From Obrimoposthia wandeli (Eukaryota): DNA of 64,000 nt. Below, one piece after another: positions 10,911 through 20,854 of the stretch. Each line of letters starts with the position of its first letter. Positions within the stretch are counted from its first letter, which is position 1. The notes under the pieces are model-generated. The model ran no database searches. It had not been told where the DNA came from and was given only the letters and a program-made list of their open reading frames with translations. The translations under genes were made by a program, and so were the position numbers. The stretch covers positions 186,001-250,000 of the forward strand of contig CDROCS010002735.1 in NCBI GenBank assembly GCA_977020255.1, written 5' to 3'.

Positions 10911-11165
10911 CTTTCGAGTGCTAGATTCACCCATTTCTAACGGGACTATACTCTCCCTGTTTTGGATTCAATCAGCTGCTTGCTTTTTGTTCGTGGCATC
11001 GCAATGTAACCATACTGATGAGCGTGTCCGATAGTTATAGCTCTAGGTGAAAACATCCACTGAGTAACAATGACATGATCAATCTAAATTTGCACTGCAA
11101 GTACCTTTGCTCTTTGCTGACTCATATAATATCCCTAGGCATGAAAGTGCACTAATAGATGTTCG

Positions 11166-12194
11166 TTAATTTAGGGGTGGGAATACTTGAGGCTCGATCT
11201 CAAGGGTTACCTGAAATTTTCGATGTACAGATTGTTTTATGTCATTCGCTAAAGCTAAAAGCTGATTGATGTTTGCCCCGCCGCTATGAATCAACACTAA
11301 CGCTTGTTTTGAGTATACTCCTACTCCTTCCTTGGCGTACCCTTTCCAGCCACAGCTATCAATCATCCAAGCAGCCGCGATCTTCATTTCATTTTCAGCA
11401 ACTTCAAAACCAATAATAGCAGGATACTCTTTCTTAAGTTGCTCGAAATGCTGCTGATCGACACATGGGTTTTTAAAGAAGCTTCCGGCATTAGCGATTA
11501 ATTTAGGATCAGGCAGTTTTAAAGATCTAATCTCGCATACACCGTCAAATACATCTTTTAAGCTTATTTCCTTTAAATTCAGAGTGGTTAGATGTTCCTT
11601 CAATGCTTGATACTTAATATCGATATTAACGATTTTGCTAAGTTTAAAATCCACGGCACTAATAATGTACCTAGCTTTACTGCGTTTAAAAATGCTATCT
11701 CGGTATGCGAATTTGCACTGGTTATTTGTAAGATCAACAAAGGTAGCTAATTGCGTATCATATGCGCGAACTTTGATTAATACATCTTTTAGTTCAGTGC
11801 CATATGCACCGATATTTTGTACCGGGGATGCACCGACCAAACCTGGGATAAGCGCCAAATTTTCTAAGCCCTGCCAACCTTTAGAAACGCTATATTCGAC
11901 AAGCTTATGCCAATTTTCTCCGCCAGCAACTCTTATAGAAACACTTTGAGTGGTCTCTTCAATTATATCGATTCCTTGCGATTGCATATGCAAGGTTAAC
12001 CCGGGGACTTTTTCACTAATAAGTAGATTACTCCCCCCCGAAAGTACTTGATAACTTAAATCCTTCTCTTTCGCATGTTGTAAAGCTTGAAGTAACTGTG
12101 TTTCATTTTTAATGACAGTGAACTGCTCTGCGATGGCTGAAAAAGCAAGCGTATTAAGATTAACTAACTCTTTATTAGATTCTATAGAAAGCAA
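11166..12194 (-). CDS. murB: UDP-N-acetylenolpyruvoylglucosamine reductase
   Basis: GGSNLL, GLENLALIPGLVGASPVQNIGAYG, FAYRDSIFK, NAGSFFKNP, QALVL, LEIEP. Confidence 0.96.
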   Translation of the reverse strand: MLSIESNKELVNLNTLAFSAIAEQFTVIKNETQLLQALQHAKEKDLSYQVLSGGSNLLISEKVPGLTLHMQSQGIDIIEETTQSVSIRVAGGENWHKLVEYSVSKGWQGLENLALIPGLVGASPVQNIGAYGTELKDVLIKVRAYDTQLATFVDLTNNQCKFAYRDSIFKRSKARYIISAVDFKLSKIVNIDIKYQALKEHLTTLNLKEISLKDVFDGVCEIRSLKLPDPKLIANAGSFFKNPCVDQQHFEQLKKEYPAIIGFEVAENEMKIAAAWMIDSCGWKGYAKEGVGVYSKQALVLIHSGGANINQLLALANDIKQSVHRKFQVTLEIEPQVFPPLN

Positions 12195-12665
12195 ACTGGG
12201 CCCTTATTTATAAATTTATATTCACGATTATGCTAGTTACCAATCACTCAAGTAGGTGATAGAAACTTTAATTTTCACCAAGTTCTGGAAACGACACTTC
12301 GTTTTTAATTAGTACACTATCAAAATAATTTAGCATTAATGCTAAATATATAATAATAACATTTAATAACGAACCTATTAATCATTTATTGAATTGAACT
12401 GACTTCAAGGATAGATAAACCGCTACTACAATATTCTTGGCGCCGCTATCGCTGAATTTGAAACCAGTAACTAGTTAGTGAATGCTTTTGGGGGATTGTT
12501 AGGAGGTGCATTCTCGTCAATTGATAAATAAATACGTTTAACAACAAGAGGGTATAAAAATAATAGTGTAACACCCATACCGGTGAAGCACAGCCTAACC
12601 GAATTCACTCTAGGTAGCGCTTTAACAAATGAAACCAATCATCAACTGAAGCATGGAAGAAATGG

Positions 12666-13406
12666 CTATTTAGCGATCGCATTGTTCAGTATTTCTTTTG
12701 AGGAAACTAGTTCGTGATACGCCTTTCTTATTTTATTTACCAGTTTTTCTGATGTTTTATTGCTCATAGCCATATAGAGTTTTGCTTTTCTAGCAGGCAT
12801 CACTAACTCAATTTTTTCGAAAGGTTCCATTAATAATTTAAACTCCTCTTTCAATGACGGATGTGAGCCTATTATCATATCCACTCTATTTGCAAGTAGC
12901 ATTTGAATGCTTTGGCTGCGAGTTCCTACTTGAGTCAACTTGGTAAATCCCTGTGCCTTTAAAAAGTCATAGTTAACATCTTTGTTGACGACAGCAACGC
13001 TGTTTAGTTTAGCCTCTGGTAGCGTTTCAGCCACAACGGTATCATTACCTTTTAATTTATAAAGTGATGTATTATAGGGTGATGTAAGTTCATATGGAGG
13101 CGTTACCAATCCAATCCATTTAAACAAACCTTCTCTATCGGGTGTTCTGTTTATGGTATATATCAATACATTTTCAACTTTCTGTGCCCGTTGGTACGCC
13201 CTCGCCCAAGGGTACATTGCTATATGATATGACACCCCTGCTTTATCTAATACTTTTCTAACAATGCTTGTCGCAGATCCTTTTATTACTCCATTTTCCA
13301 AATAATTTAAGGGCTTTAACTCTTCTGTTACAACTTCCACAAAATCTGCAGCTGATAATGGATTAGATACTGCAAATAAAAATGACAACAATAGTGTTTT
13401 TTTCAT
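12666..13406 (-). CDS. Solitary periplasmic substrate-binding protein (family 3)
   Basis: Signal peptide; TEELKPLNY, YPWARAY, RTPDRE..FKW, MLLANRVD, LYMAMS pattern. Confidence 0.85.
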   Translation of the reverse strand: MKKTLLLSFLFAVSNPLSAADFVEVVTEELKPLNYLENGVIKGSATSIVRKVLDKAGVSYHIAMYPWARAYQRAQKVENVLIYTINRTPDREGLFKWIGLVTPPYELTSPYNTSLYKLKGNDTVVAETLPEAKLNSVAVVNKDVNYDFLKAQGFTKLTQVGTRSQSIQMLLANRVDMIIGSHPSLKEEFKLLMEPFEKIELVMPARKAKLYMAMSNKTSEKLVNKIRKAYHELVSSKEILNNAIAK

Positions 13407-13824
13407 ACAACCTCTTTAATTTTACAAAATATCTATTGAGCTAAGACCATATAATATTAATTAAGAATAATATTTCAGGCTATAACTTATGCCGCAATAG
13501 TAAATTTAACACAACGGTGTAGGATATTTTGGTCAATTTTATGATTCGCCAAACAATCCTTTTTAGAACTGTTATGAGCTTCTAATTCATCTACCTGAGT
13601 CACGAGACTTATTCATATAAATAAATTAGCGCATAACCCTATATAGTTCGTTGTTGTGCATAGCTATGAATTGTTGTCTGTAAATAAATCAAACTCTATA
13701 TATAAAAAAGCTGTTTTGCCGGTAAACTTAATCTGTTTCAAAAATGGCAATATATGTTATTGGGAACTAATTTTGATGAACGCCCTGTCACTTGCAATAA
13801 CAATGCATCTATTTTAACTCCATA

Positions 13825-14583
13825 TTACTTGTTATGTACGAAGATATATTTATTATAAATTTCTTCATTTTTACCATTTTCAAATAGAGCTGAAAAACCG
13901 GAATTAATTACCCTCAATATATGAATTGCATTTTCGTTTTTCTTAGATACCAAGATATGATACTTTTTTGAGTATTTTTTCGAGAGTTTTATATATTTAA
14001 TGTTTTCAATTAACTCAGCGTTATTTTTATATGTTTCAAAAAAAACTATTTTTTGCAATATAGCAAAATCAACTCTACTTTTTTTCAGCATAACAACTAA
14101 TCCCTTTCTTGATACAGCGTTTTGCTTAACATCAATGTATCCCTCCAGTTTAGAGTAATTAAAGCCTTTAATTCCGCCAGTAACATACGACTTAATATCA
14201 ATTTCTGATAAATCCTTTAGCTCTGGGAATTTATCCTCCATATAAAAAAGATTCAAATTAGAGTTATAAATAGGATTTGAATAATATGAATATTTAGTTC
14301 TTTTAAACTTAAATGAAGCATTAGGTACAATATCAACTTTACCATTTTTCAGCTCTAACAAGCAGCGCCTCCAAGGCCTGACTACATGCTCTACTTTTAT
14401 ATTTTCAACCCTTAATACCTCATTGAGCCAATCGACCATTATACCTGTTAATCCCCCTTTCTCTGCGCGCATCAAATAGGGAGGCTTCATATTAAACTCC
14501 CAGCAGACCTTTAAAACGTTAGTACTATTGGCATTTACAATTTGACTTGAAAAGAGCAGCAAAAAACAAACTATAGATTTCAT
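13825..14583 (-). CDS. Solitary periplasmic substrate-binding protein (family 3), very AT-rich
   Basis: Signal peptide; PPY, PWRRCLLELKNGKVD, ASFK.KR..Y..YSNP, MLKKSRVD. Confidence 0.85.
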   Translation of the reverse strand: MKSIVCFLLLFSSQIVNANSTNVLKVCWEFNMKPPYLMRAEKGGLTGIMVDWLNEVLRVENIKVEHVVRPWRRCLLELKNGKVDIVPNASFKFKRTKYSYYSNPIYNSNLNLFYMEDKFPELKDLSEIDIKSYVTGGIKGFNYSKLEGYIDVKQNAVSRKGLVVMLKKSRVDFAILQKIVFFETYKNNAELIENIKYIKLSKKYSKKYHILVSKKNENAIHILRVINSGFSALFENGKNEEIYNKYIFVHNK

Positions 14584-14809
14584 TAAGTACCCTGAATAAA
14601 GTAAAAAACACTTACTTACCTGAATTTAAAATAACTCTCGTATGATAATTGTTCTCTTCATCCGTTTCTAGGAAAACTGCGAATAAGTCAACGATATGAA
14701 ATATTAGACGCCTAGCTTTGATAAAATATTGATAGAATGGCAGATTGGGATATTCGAATTGGGATTATGTAAAGGCTAGCATGCAGAATTTATTCGTCCG
14801 AATATAGGG

Positions 14810-15372
14810 TTAAAACCCCCGTCTTTAGACGGGTAGCTTTAAGCTAGCCGTTGCGTCTATTATATGGGTATAAAATATAGACATGGATCACACACTAAGT
14901 ACAAAATTGAATATCACTTTGTTTGGGTAACCAAATATAGATATCAGGTATTACTAGGGGATGTTGGAACGCGAGTTAGAGAGCTAACAAGGCAGACTTG
15001 TGAACATCTGGAAATAGAAATATTACGAGGTGTAATAAGTAAGGATCATGTGCACCTTCTTGTTTCAGCCCCACCCAATTTGTCTCCCTCAGAGATAATG
15101 AAAAGGATAAAAGGCAGAACTGCAACTAAGATATTTCAAGAGTTTCCGCATTTGAAAAAGCGGTATTGGGGCCAGCATTTTTGGGCTCGTGGGTATTTTT
15201 GTGTTACAGCTGGGGAATTAACCAAAGAAATGATTCAAGAGTACCTTAAGCATCATTTTGAGAAGAGCTCTAACGATAATTTCGACGTTGAGTGATGCTT
15301 AACTGGCGAGAGCCATAGCTGGACTTTCAGTCCGCGAATCTTAACCCACCGTCTTTAGACGGTGTGTTGTTA
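14810..15372 (+). mobile_element. Apparently intact IS200-type element (tnpA only)
   Basis: Left hairpin cccgtctttagacggg (~14818-14833), internal ggactttcagtcc hairpin, and right hairpin caccgtctttagacggtg (~15347-15364) sharing the same core. Ends approximate. Confidence 0.88.
14864..15295 (+). CDS. tnpA: IS200/IS605 family Y1 transposase
   Basis: YHFVWVTKYRY, HVH (HUH motif), YWGQHFWARGYF, IQEYL (catalytic Tyr). Confidence 0.95.
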   Translation: MGIKYRHGSHTKYKIEYHFVWVTKYRYQVLLGDVGTRVRELTRQTCEHLEIEILRGVISKDHVHLLVSAPPNLSPSEIMKRIKGRTATKIFQEFPHLKKRYWGQHFWARGYFCVTAGELTKEMIQEYLKHHFEKSSNDNFDVE

Positions 15373-16048
15373 AGTGCTCTTTTTAGCTTAAGGCCGAAAA
15401 CTTTAGCCACCTATTTTTCAGTGTTGTCAGCTATGGTATAACTTGAATGAGGCTCATTACAAAACAGTCATTAGACAAATACATTGCAGATGATTCAAAA
15501 AAACACTCAATCAAACCAATTGGAAATTTGCTAAAGAAATTTAAAACTTAGCGAGTAACCGATCAACATTTACTCAAAGAAAATTAAAACTAGGCTTAAT
15601 ATTGACTGTGCAGGGATGGAAGGTATGTTTTTACTGAGCCTGACAGCTTGCATCCAAATAATCGGTACAAACATTGGTTGAGGTATTTGCGAGCTAGCGA
15701 GCCAAATAAAATTGTTTAAAAACAACCAACTCTATCATTGCTTCTCTAATCTGCTTCTTTTGTACGATATCGTAGGATTAAAGGTTAATCGGATTTGTTA
15801 ATAAGTATTGGATAGGGATTCTATAAATAGCAAGCTGCTGTGAAACTTTTAAAATGTCTTCAATAGCTTTTAAAAAATAAAGTAGCTTTGTTAGCTCAAT
15901 CTATCGCGATTAATCAATAGAAACCTCAGCTTAACGAATACGCTTGATTCGCTATGCTGAGATCTTTCAAAATAAACTAGTCAATCATTCGAAATTTAAA
16001 AATTATTTACAACCTAAAGGCTGTCATTAAACTTTCAATTCTCTGATA

Positions 16049-16918
16049 TTAACTAACATTCTCAATACGTTTGTAGGCCGTGACAGTGTTAACAAGTAAC
16101 ATCGCGATCGTCATTGGCCCTACACCGCCTGGTACAGGTGTGATAGCACCAGCTTTTTCACTAGCACTGGCATAATTCACATCACCTACTAATTTATTTT
16201 TTCCATCACGTTGTATTCTATTGATTCCCACATCAATAACACAAGCTCCTTCTTTGACCCAATTAGCGTCAATCATCTCAGGACGGCCGACTGCAGCGAC
16301 TAAAATATCGGCTTGAGCACAAATTTCTTCGATATTCTTAGTACGTGAATGAACAATAGTCACTGTACAGCTTTCTTGTAATAACAATGCAGCCATCGGC
16401 TTACCCACTATGTTAGAGCGGCCAACAACCACTGCATTCATACCGGTCAAATCTTGTCCAAGTGCGTGTTTAATTAAATGAACACTACCGTGTGGTGTAC
16501 AAGGAAGCAGGCTTTCATCACCTATCGATAAACGCCCCACATTGACGGGGTGGAACCCATCAACATCTTTTTCAGGTAAGATAGCAGTTAAAACGATTTT
16601 TTCATCTATTTGCTTCGGCAATGGCAGCTGTACCAAGATTCCGTGAACGGTATCATCACCATTCATTTTTTCAACAAGTGCTAATAGCTCTTCTTGTGTC
16701 GTGGTATCTGCAAGCTTATGCTCAGTTGATATAATACCTACTTCTGCTGCTTGTTCACCTTTCTTTTTAACATAAACCTGGCTGGCAGGGTCTTCACCTA
16801 CCAGTATCACTGTCAACCCAGGTGCTTTACCGGTTTTATCTTTTAGCGCGGCCACATCAATCGCTAATTGTTTACGTAAATCACTTGCGAAAGCGGCGCC
16901 ATCAATTCTATTAGTCAT
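16049..16918 (-). CDS. folD: Bifunctional methylenetetrahydrofolate dehydrogenase/cyclohydrolase
   Basis: [60 protein letters not shown]. Start moved to the ATG of MTNRIDG, downstream of GGAG. Confidence 0.96.
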   Translation of the reverse strand: MTNRIDGAAFASDLRKQLAIDVAALKDKTGKAPGLTVILVGEDPASQVYVKKKGEQAAEVGIISTEHKLADTTTQEELLALVEKMNGDDTVHGILVQLPLPKQIDEKIVLTAILPEKDVDGFHPVNVGRLSIGDESLLPCTPHGSVHLIKHALGQDLTGMNAVVVGRSNIVGKPMAALLLQESCTVTIVHSRTKNIEEICAQADILVAAVGRPEMIDANWVKEGACVIDVGINRIQRDGKNKLVGDVNYASASEKAGAITPVPGGVGPMTIAMLLVNTVTAYKRIENVS

Positions 16919-17023
16919 TTGTTTAATATACTCCAAAACAGATTAATTCATACTTTTGTTGTTTTTGCGTATTATCGCAAAAAATTTTATACATCGATTA
17001 TACTGAAAAATATAACTTAGGGA

Positions 17024-18403
17024 TTACTTTTGTGTAATAAATATATTAAAACTCTCTTGTAAATTTGTTTCCAACTCTTGGAGCCTAGAGAGCGTATTTT
17101 TGTCAATTCGAAAACCTTCACTCAAGAGCAGTATTCCCTCTTCACTGATTAAATCTCGGCTCAAACACATGCCTAATTTCAAATCATGGCTTTTAACGAG
17201 TAAATCATACTTCCCTTTACCTGCTTTGCTCAATAGCGGCAATATCTTAACTAAAAGATTTACAATATCATCAGCGTATTTTTCTGTGGCATAGTTATCT
17301 AAAAAAGTAAGCGCTTCAACAGTACTAAAAGGCCTATCAGTATAACGCCCCGCTACAAGTTCGGTATAGTCATTCACAACAGTCAACACTTGAGCCTGTT
17401 TGGAAATACTATCCTCTGTTAACCCTAGAGGATAACCAGATCCATCAAGATATTCCTTATGTTGTAATACAATTTTAGCTGCTTTATCCAAAGGCCTTAC
17501 AATCATCATAGCAGCGTGAGATAAGGTAGGATGGCAATTAAAAACACGTTGCTCTTCTACGCTTAATTGAATATATGGGGTGTGTAATATTTTATCGCTA
17601 AAGCCCATTTTACCAATATTACGTAAGTGCCAAGCGTTAGTTAAATCGCTAATTTCTTCTTCTTGAAAACCGCAAGCATTGGCGATTTCTAACAGTAATA
17701 AATTTAATTGCTGGTTGCGACCACTGGCTCTTTGCCCCATGCGTGCCAACACTTGATTAGATAACATACTAATTAACTGTTTGTTTGAGTCTTTAGTAAG
17801 CAATAATGACTGCTGAAAATTAGCTTTATATTTTGCGGATTCATCATTACTATACTGTAAACTACTTTTTAAACGCCGCTTCTTGATTAACTGTATGAAC
17901 TTCTCCTGAAGATCGATAATGATACGTAACAATCTTTTCCTTAAAAACACTTGGTTAACCGGAAAAATAATGAAATCACGATACTGGCTTTGTTGATCAT
18001 CCGTTAAAGATAGAATTTTATCAGCAGGCGCCAATAGATAAGCTAATCCGTAAGGAGAGGCGATTTTAAGTTGTTTAACAAACTCTTCAAGTCTGGCGCT
18101 AGGATCTGCTTGATCTTTATCGGGCGCCTCATTTTTTTCGAGACTAACAGTCGTTACGGAGGATTCACTTTCTTTTAAATCTTCAGTGTTTGCAGGATCT
18201 AATGGCACTGGTTCAAGGTTGATACCATTCTCAAGTACTTGCATACCAATTAATAAGACGTGCGCTTTAGGTAGAGATTCTATCGCTACATCTAAATCGC
18301 AATAATGCAAATTAACCATTTGAGTAGACAATATATCACTTAGCTGTTTGCGCTCCTGTGTCGAGAAACCCGCCAAAAGAATATGTATGTCAAACTTATT
18401 CAT
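17024..18403 (-). CDS. HD-GYP-like signalling protein with degenerate receiver-like N-terminus
   Basis: LRNIGKMG (HD replaced), HP..S, HKEYLDGSGYPLGL, QVLTVVNDY, C-terminal L..GM.LSRDL...G.LLL..G. Confidence 0.8.
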   Translation of the reverse strand: MNKFDIHILLAGFSTQERKQLSDILSTQMVNLHYCDLDVAIESLPKAHVLLIGMQVLENGINLEPVPLDPANTEDLKESESSVTTVSLEKNEAPDKDQADPSARLEEFVKQLKIASPYGLAYLLAPADKILSLTDDQQSQYRDFIIFPVNQVFLRKRLLRIIIDLQEKFIQLIKKRRLKSSLQYSNDESAKYKANFQQSLLLTKDSNKQLISMLSNQVLARMGQRASGRNQQLNLLLLEIANACGFQEEEISDLTNAWHLRNIGKMGFSDKILHTPYIQLSVEEQRVFNCHPTLSHAAMMIVRPLDKAAKIVLQHKEYLDGSGYPLGLTEDSISKQAQVLTVVNDYTELVAGRYTDRPFSTVEALTFLDNYATEKYADDIVNLLVKILPLLSKAGKGKYDLLVKSHDLKLGMCLSRDLISEEGILLLSEGFRIDKNTLSRLQELETNLQESFNIFITQK

Positions 18404-18723
18404 TAATAACCCTACCCATATTTTATGGTCTTAACATAAAACGTCTATTAAAACATTCCCAACAAACCTTTGTAAAATCAATATACTTATATCCTACAAT
18501 TTAAAATAAAACATCCACTAAACACAATGTTCATTAGTATAACCTGTTATCTATTACATTTATCGCTTCATAATGGTGTATACAAGCATGTTCGTTTTGA
18601 GATTCCCCTAAGTCCCTTTAGTTCTGATCTACTCATTAAGTATAACTATATTAGTTTTATTCATTGGTAATATAGATCAATAAATGCTGAAATAGCTCTT
18701 TTTATATAGTATTTGGAGTAATA

Positions 18724-18966
18724 ATGGAGCGCGTAACAATTTTTGGCCGCAAAGGCTGTGGTTTCTGTGTGAGAGCAAAAGACTTATGTGAAGAGCAAGG
18801 CCTAGAGCATCGTTACATTGATATTCAAGAAGAGGGTATTAGCAAAGCCGATTTAGAAAAAACAGTGGGTAAGCCTGTTGAAACGGTTCCACAAATTTTT
18901 ATTGGCACTACGCACATCGGTGGTTATTCTGAATTCGCCGCTAAAGTAGCAGCTTCTACCGCATAG
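18724..18966 (+). CDS. grxA: Glutaredoxin 1
   Basis: IFGR.GCGFCVRAK, KTVGKPVETVPQIF, HIGGY. Confidence 0.93.
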   Translation: MERVTIFGRKGCGFCVRAKDLCEEQGLEHRYIDIQEEGISKADLEKTVGKPVETVPQIFIGTTHIGGYSEFAAKVAASTA

Positions 18967-18974
18967 CTTTTATT

Positions 18975-19000
18975 CCTGCAGAGTTTACTAGCTCTGCAGG
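18975..19000 (+). terminator. Probable intrinsic terminator of grxA
   Basis: Perfect 9-bp stem cctgcagag/ctctgcagg directly after the stop codon. Confidence 0.6.
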
Positions 19001-19107
19001 ACTTCTTATCTTCCTACTTCCCGTTCTCTTCTTTTGAGAACACGGCACTTACTACCTAACCCATTTTTTATGTCATCTTATGATAGAATTCAACCTATGC
19101 TTCATAC

Positions 19108-19259
19108 CATTGCTGTCCGGTTAAAAAATGTAAGCTCTATAACTCATTGATTTGTGGTTTTTTAGTATCGTTAATTCGATTATTTGAGCCAACTAACACT
19201 TATCGTTAACGTAAAATCAATGAGTTATAGAGCAACAAAAATTAAACCGGACACTAATG
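19108..19259 (-). mobile_element. MITE copy 2 (152 bp, inverted)
   Basis: Same TIRs; TSD GCTTCATAC / GTTTCATAC (8/9). Confidence 0.9.
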
Positions 19260-19718
19260 GTTTCATACAACAGATGATACACAAGCGCGGCTATATTAGT
19301 TAAAAGTCGAGAACAGACTCTCCTCTACCTATTTTTCAAGAGCAGGCAAACCCAATTATCTGAGCTTGCCGCTGAGTATTCGCAGCGATTCTCAGATGAC
19401 CAATGAGCTCAGGAAACGCGAGATAAGTTAAAAGATTCAGGCATCGAAGCCCACTTACGAAGAAAGGTTATTCTAACAACCCAATCGGTTAACTTAAAAA
19501 ATTCGCGAGAATATGATAACTGCCACCCGAAGCGATAGTGAGCTTCCCTGCACTACTTACAAGCAACACTTTAACTCTACACCAGCGAGATTCAAGTGGC
19601 TAGCGATGGCCCCGAACATTCGTAAAAGAACCGCATTTTGAGTTATACTTTTCAAAACTATTGAAAGTAAGTCGATAAAATTGAAAATGAAGATCTATTC
19701 GCCACTCTCACTTTACAA

Positions 19719-20252
19719 TCACCAGCACAAGTTCTTATACATGATGGTAGTCGCGGCATAGCCATCTAATGCAGGGTTTAAAGCAAAACCTGGTATCACA
19801 CCCGCCGTTATGTAGCCTAATGATAAATATAAATTTTGTGCACTATCTCCTGTTTTAGTATCTAGCACTAATAATGATTTCCCCAATGATAATCCTTGCT
19901 GTTCTATACGGAGCATTAGTTTCTTGGCAATGCCTTGGCGATGAAAACTTGGATGCACTAACAGTTTTGCAACATCTGCCCTATGTTGCTGATTAGGAGG
20001 GGTATCAATATCCAAAATAACACAACCTACAATCAAGCTATCCACTTTAGCTACCCATAAAAACTGCGAACACGACCTTACAGCCTCAGTTACAAAGTTC
20101 TCCCAATAAACAGTACTTTGCTCGAGTGAAAAAGGTTGTATAAAACCAACACTGGCACCTTGTTCAACACATTGATGTAATATCTGAGCTAAAGGCGTAA
20201 TAGCTTGTGAATATTGGGCTGGTGTTAATTGTTCAATCTGGATTTCGTTCAT
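19719..20252 (-). CDS. GNAT family N-acetyltransferase
   Basis: GASVGF, HRADVAKLLVHP..HRQGIA (motif A), LLVLDTKTG..A..LY.SLGY...G.IPGFA. Confidence 0.9.
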   Translation of the reverse strand: MNEIQIEQLTPAQYSQAITPLAQILHQCVEQGASVGFIQPFSLEQSTVYWENFVTEAVRSCSQFLWVAKVDSLIVGCVILDIDTPPNQQHRADVAKLLVHPSFHRQGIAKKLMLRIEQQGLSLGKSLLVLDTKTGDSAQNLYLSLGYITAGVIPGFALNPALDGYAATTIMYKNLCW

Positions 20253-20314
20253 TTATTAGCCTTACGTTGATTACGTCTTGAAGATTAAATATATTCCTAT
20301 TGATTACATTCTAT

Positions 20315-20466
20315 CATTGCTGTCCGGTAAAAAAGTGTAAGCTCTTTACTCATAGATTTGCGATTTTATAGCATAGTTCACTGAATTTCTTAAGCTAAAT
20401 AACACTTGTTGTTAACGTAAAATCAATGAGTTAAAGAACAATAAAAAATTAAACCGGACGCTAATG
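20315..20466 (-). mobile_element. MITE copy 3 (152 bp, inverted)
   Basis: Same TIRs; TSD ACATTCTAT / ACTTTCTAT (8/9). Confidence 0.9.
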
Positions 20467-20538
20467 ACTTTCTATAATTGGTTTCTACAATAGTAACCGT
20501 TATAATCGCTTTTTTTATGATTTTTGCAGGAGTTAAAC

Positions 20539-20634
20539 ATGCGAATATTAGTCGTCTCTATTCTTTTATTAACCTTAACGGCATGTGTGGGCATCCCTGA
20601 CTCCGACGGATTTTTTGGTATTCCAGGCTTATAG
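20539..20634 (+). CDS. Putative micro-lipoprotein A, 31 aa (MRILVVSILLLTLTAC-VGIPDSDGFFGIPGL)
   Basis: RBS AGGAG 7 nt upstream; basic N-terminus, hydrophobic core and lipobox L-T-A-C with Cys16. Confidence 0.7.
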   Translation: MRILVVSILLLTLTACVGIPDSDGFFGIPGL

Positions 20635-20681
20635 TACTTTTTAAGCTTTGAATTTTTAACTCTATAATCAAGGACAATATA

Positions 20682-20750
20682 ATGAAAATTTTCACACTTT
20701 TATTGATTACTTTAGTGCTACAAGGGTGCGTCGGAATACCAGGCTTTTAA
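20682..20750 (+). CDS. Putative micro-lipoprotein B, 22 aa (MKIFTLLLITLVLQGC-VGIPGF)
   Basis: RBS AAGGA 8 nt upstream; lipobox L-Q-G-C with Cys16; shares CVGIP and GIPG[L/F] with the upstream ORF. Confidence 0.65.
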   Translation: MKIFTLLLITLVLQGCVGIPGF

Positions 20751-20776
20751 GTATTAACGATGCTATTTCAATTTCA

Positions 20777-20804
20777 AAATAGCTAATATACACATTAGCT
20801 ATTT
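20777..20804. terminator. Probable bidirectional terminator between the micro-lipoprotein pair and the yihY-family gene
   Basis: Perfect 11-bp stem aaatagctaat/attagctattt with a 6-nt loop. Confidence 0.65.
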
Positions 20805-20854
20805 CCCTCACACACTTGCATTAAAAAAGTTCTTAATTATACAGAGCGTTATAA

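Noticed and set aside
15296-16048. tnpB or another gene after the intact IS200
   Set aside because: The right-end hairpin closes the element at ~15372, and the following DNA has stops in all frames with no recognisable motif.
19260-19718. Protein-like stretch (…QLSELAAEYSQRFSDDQ*AQETRDKLKDSGIEAHL…) after MITE 2
   Set aside because: Possibly a gene remnant, but it has internal stops and no identifiable family.
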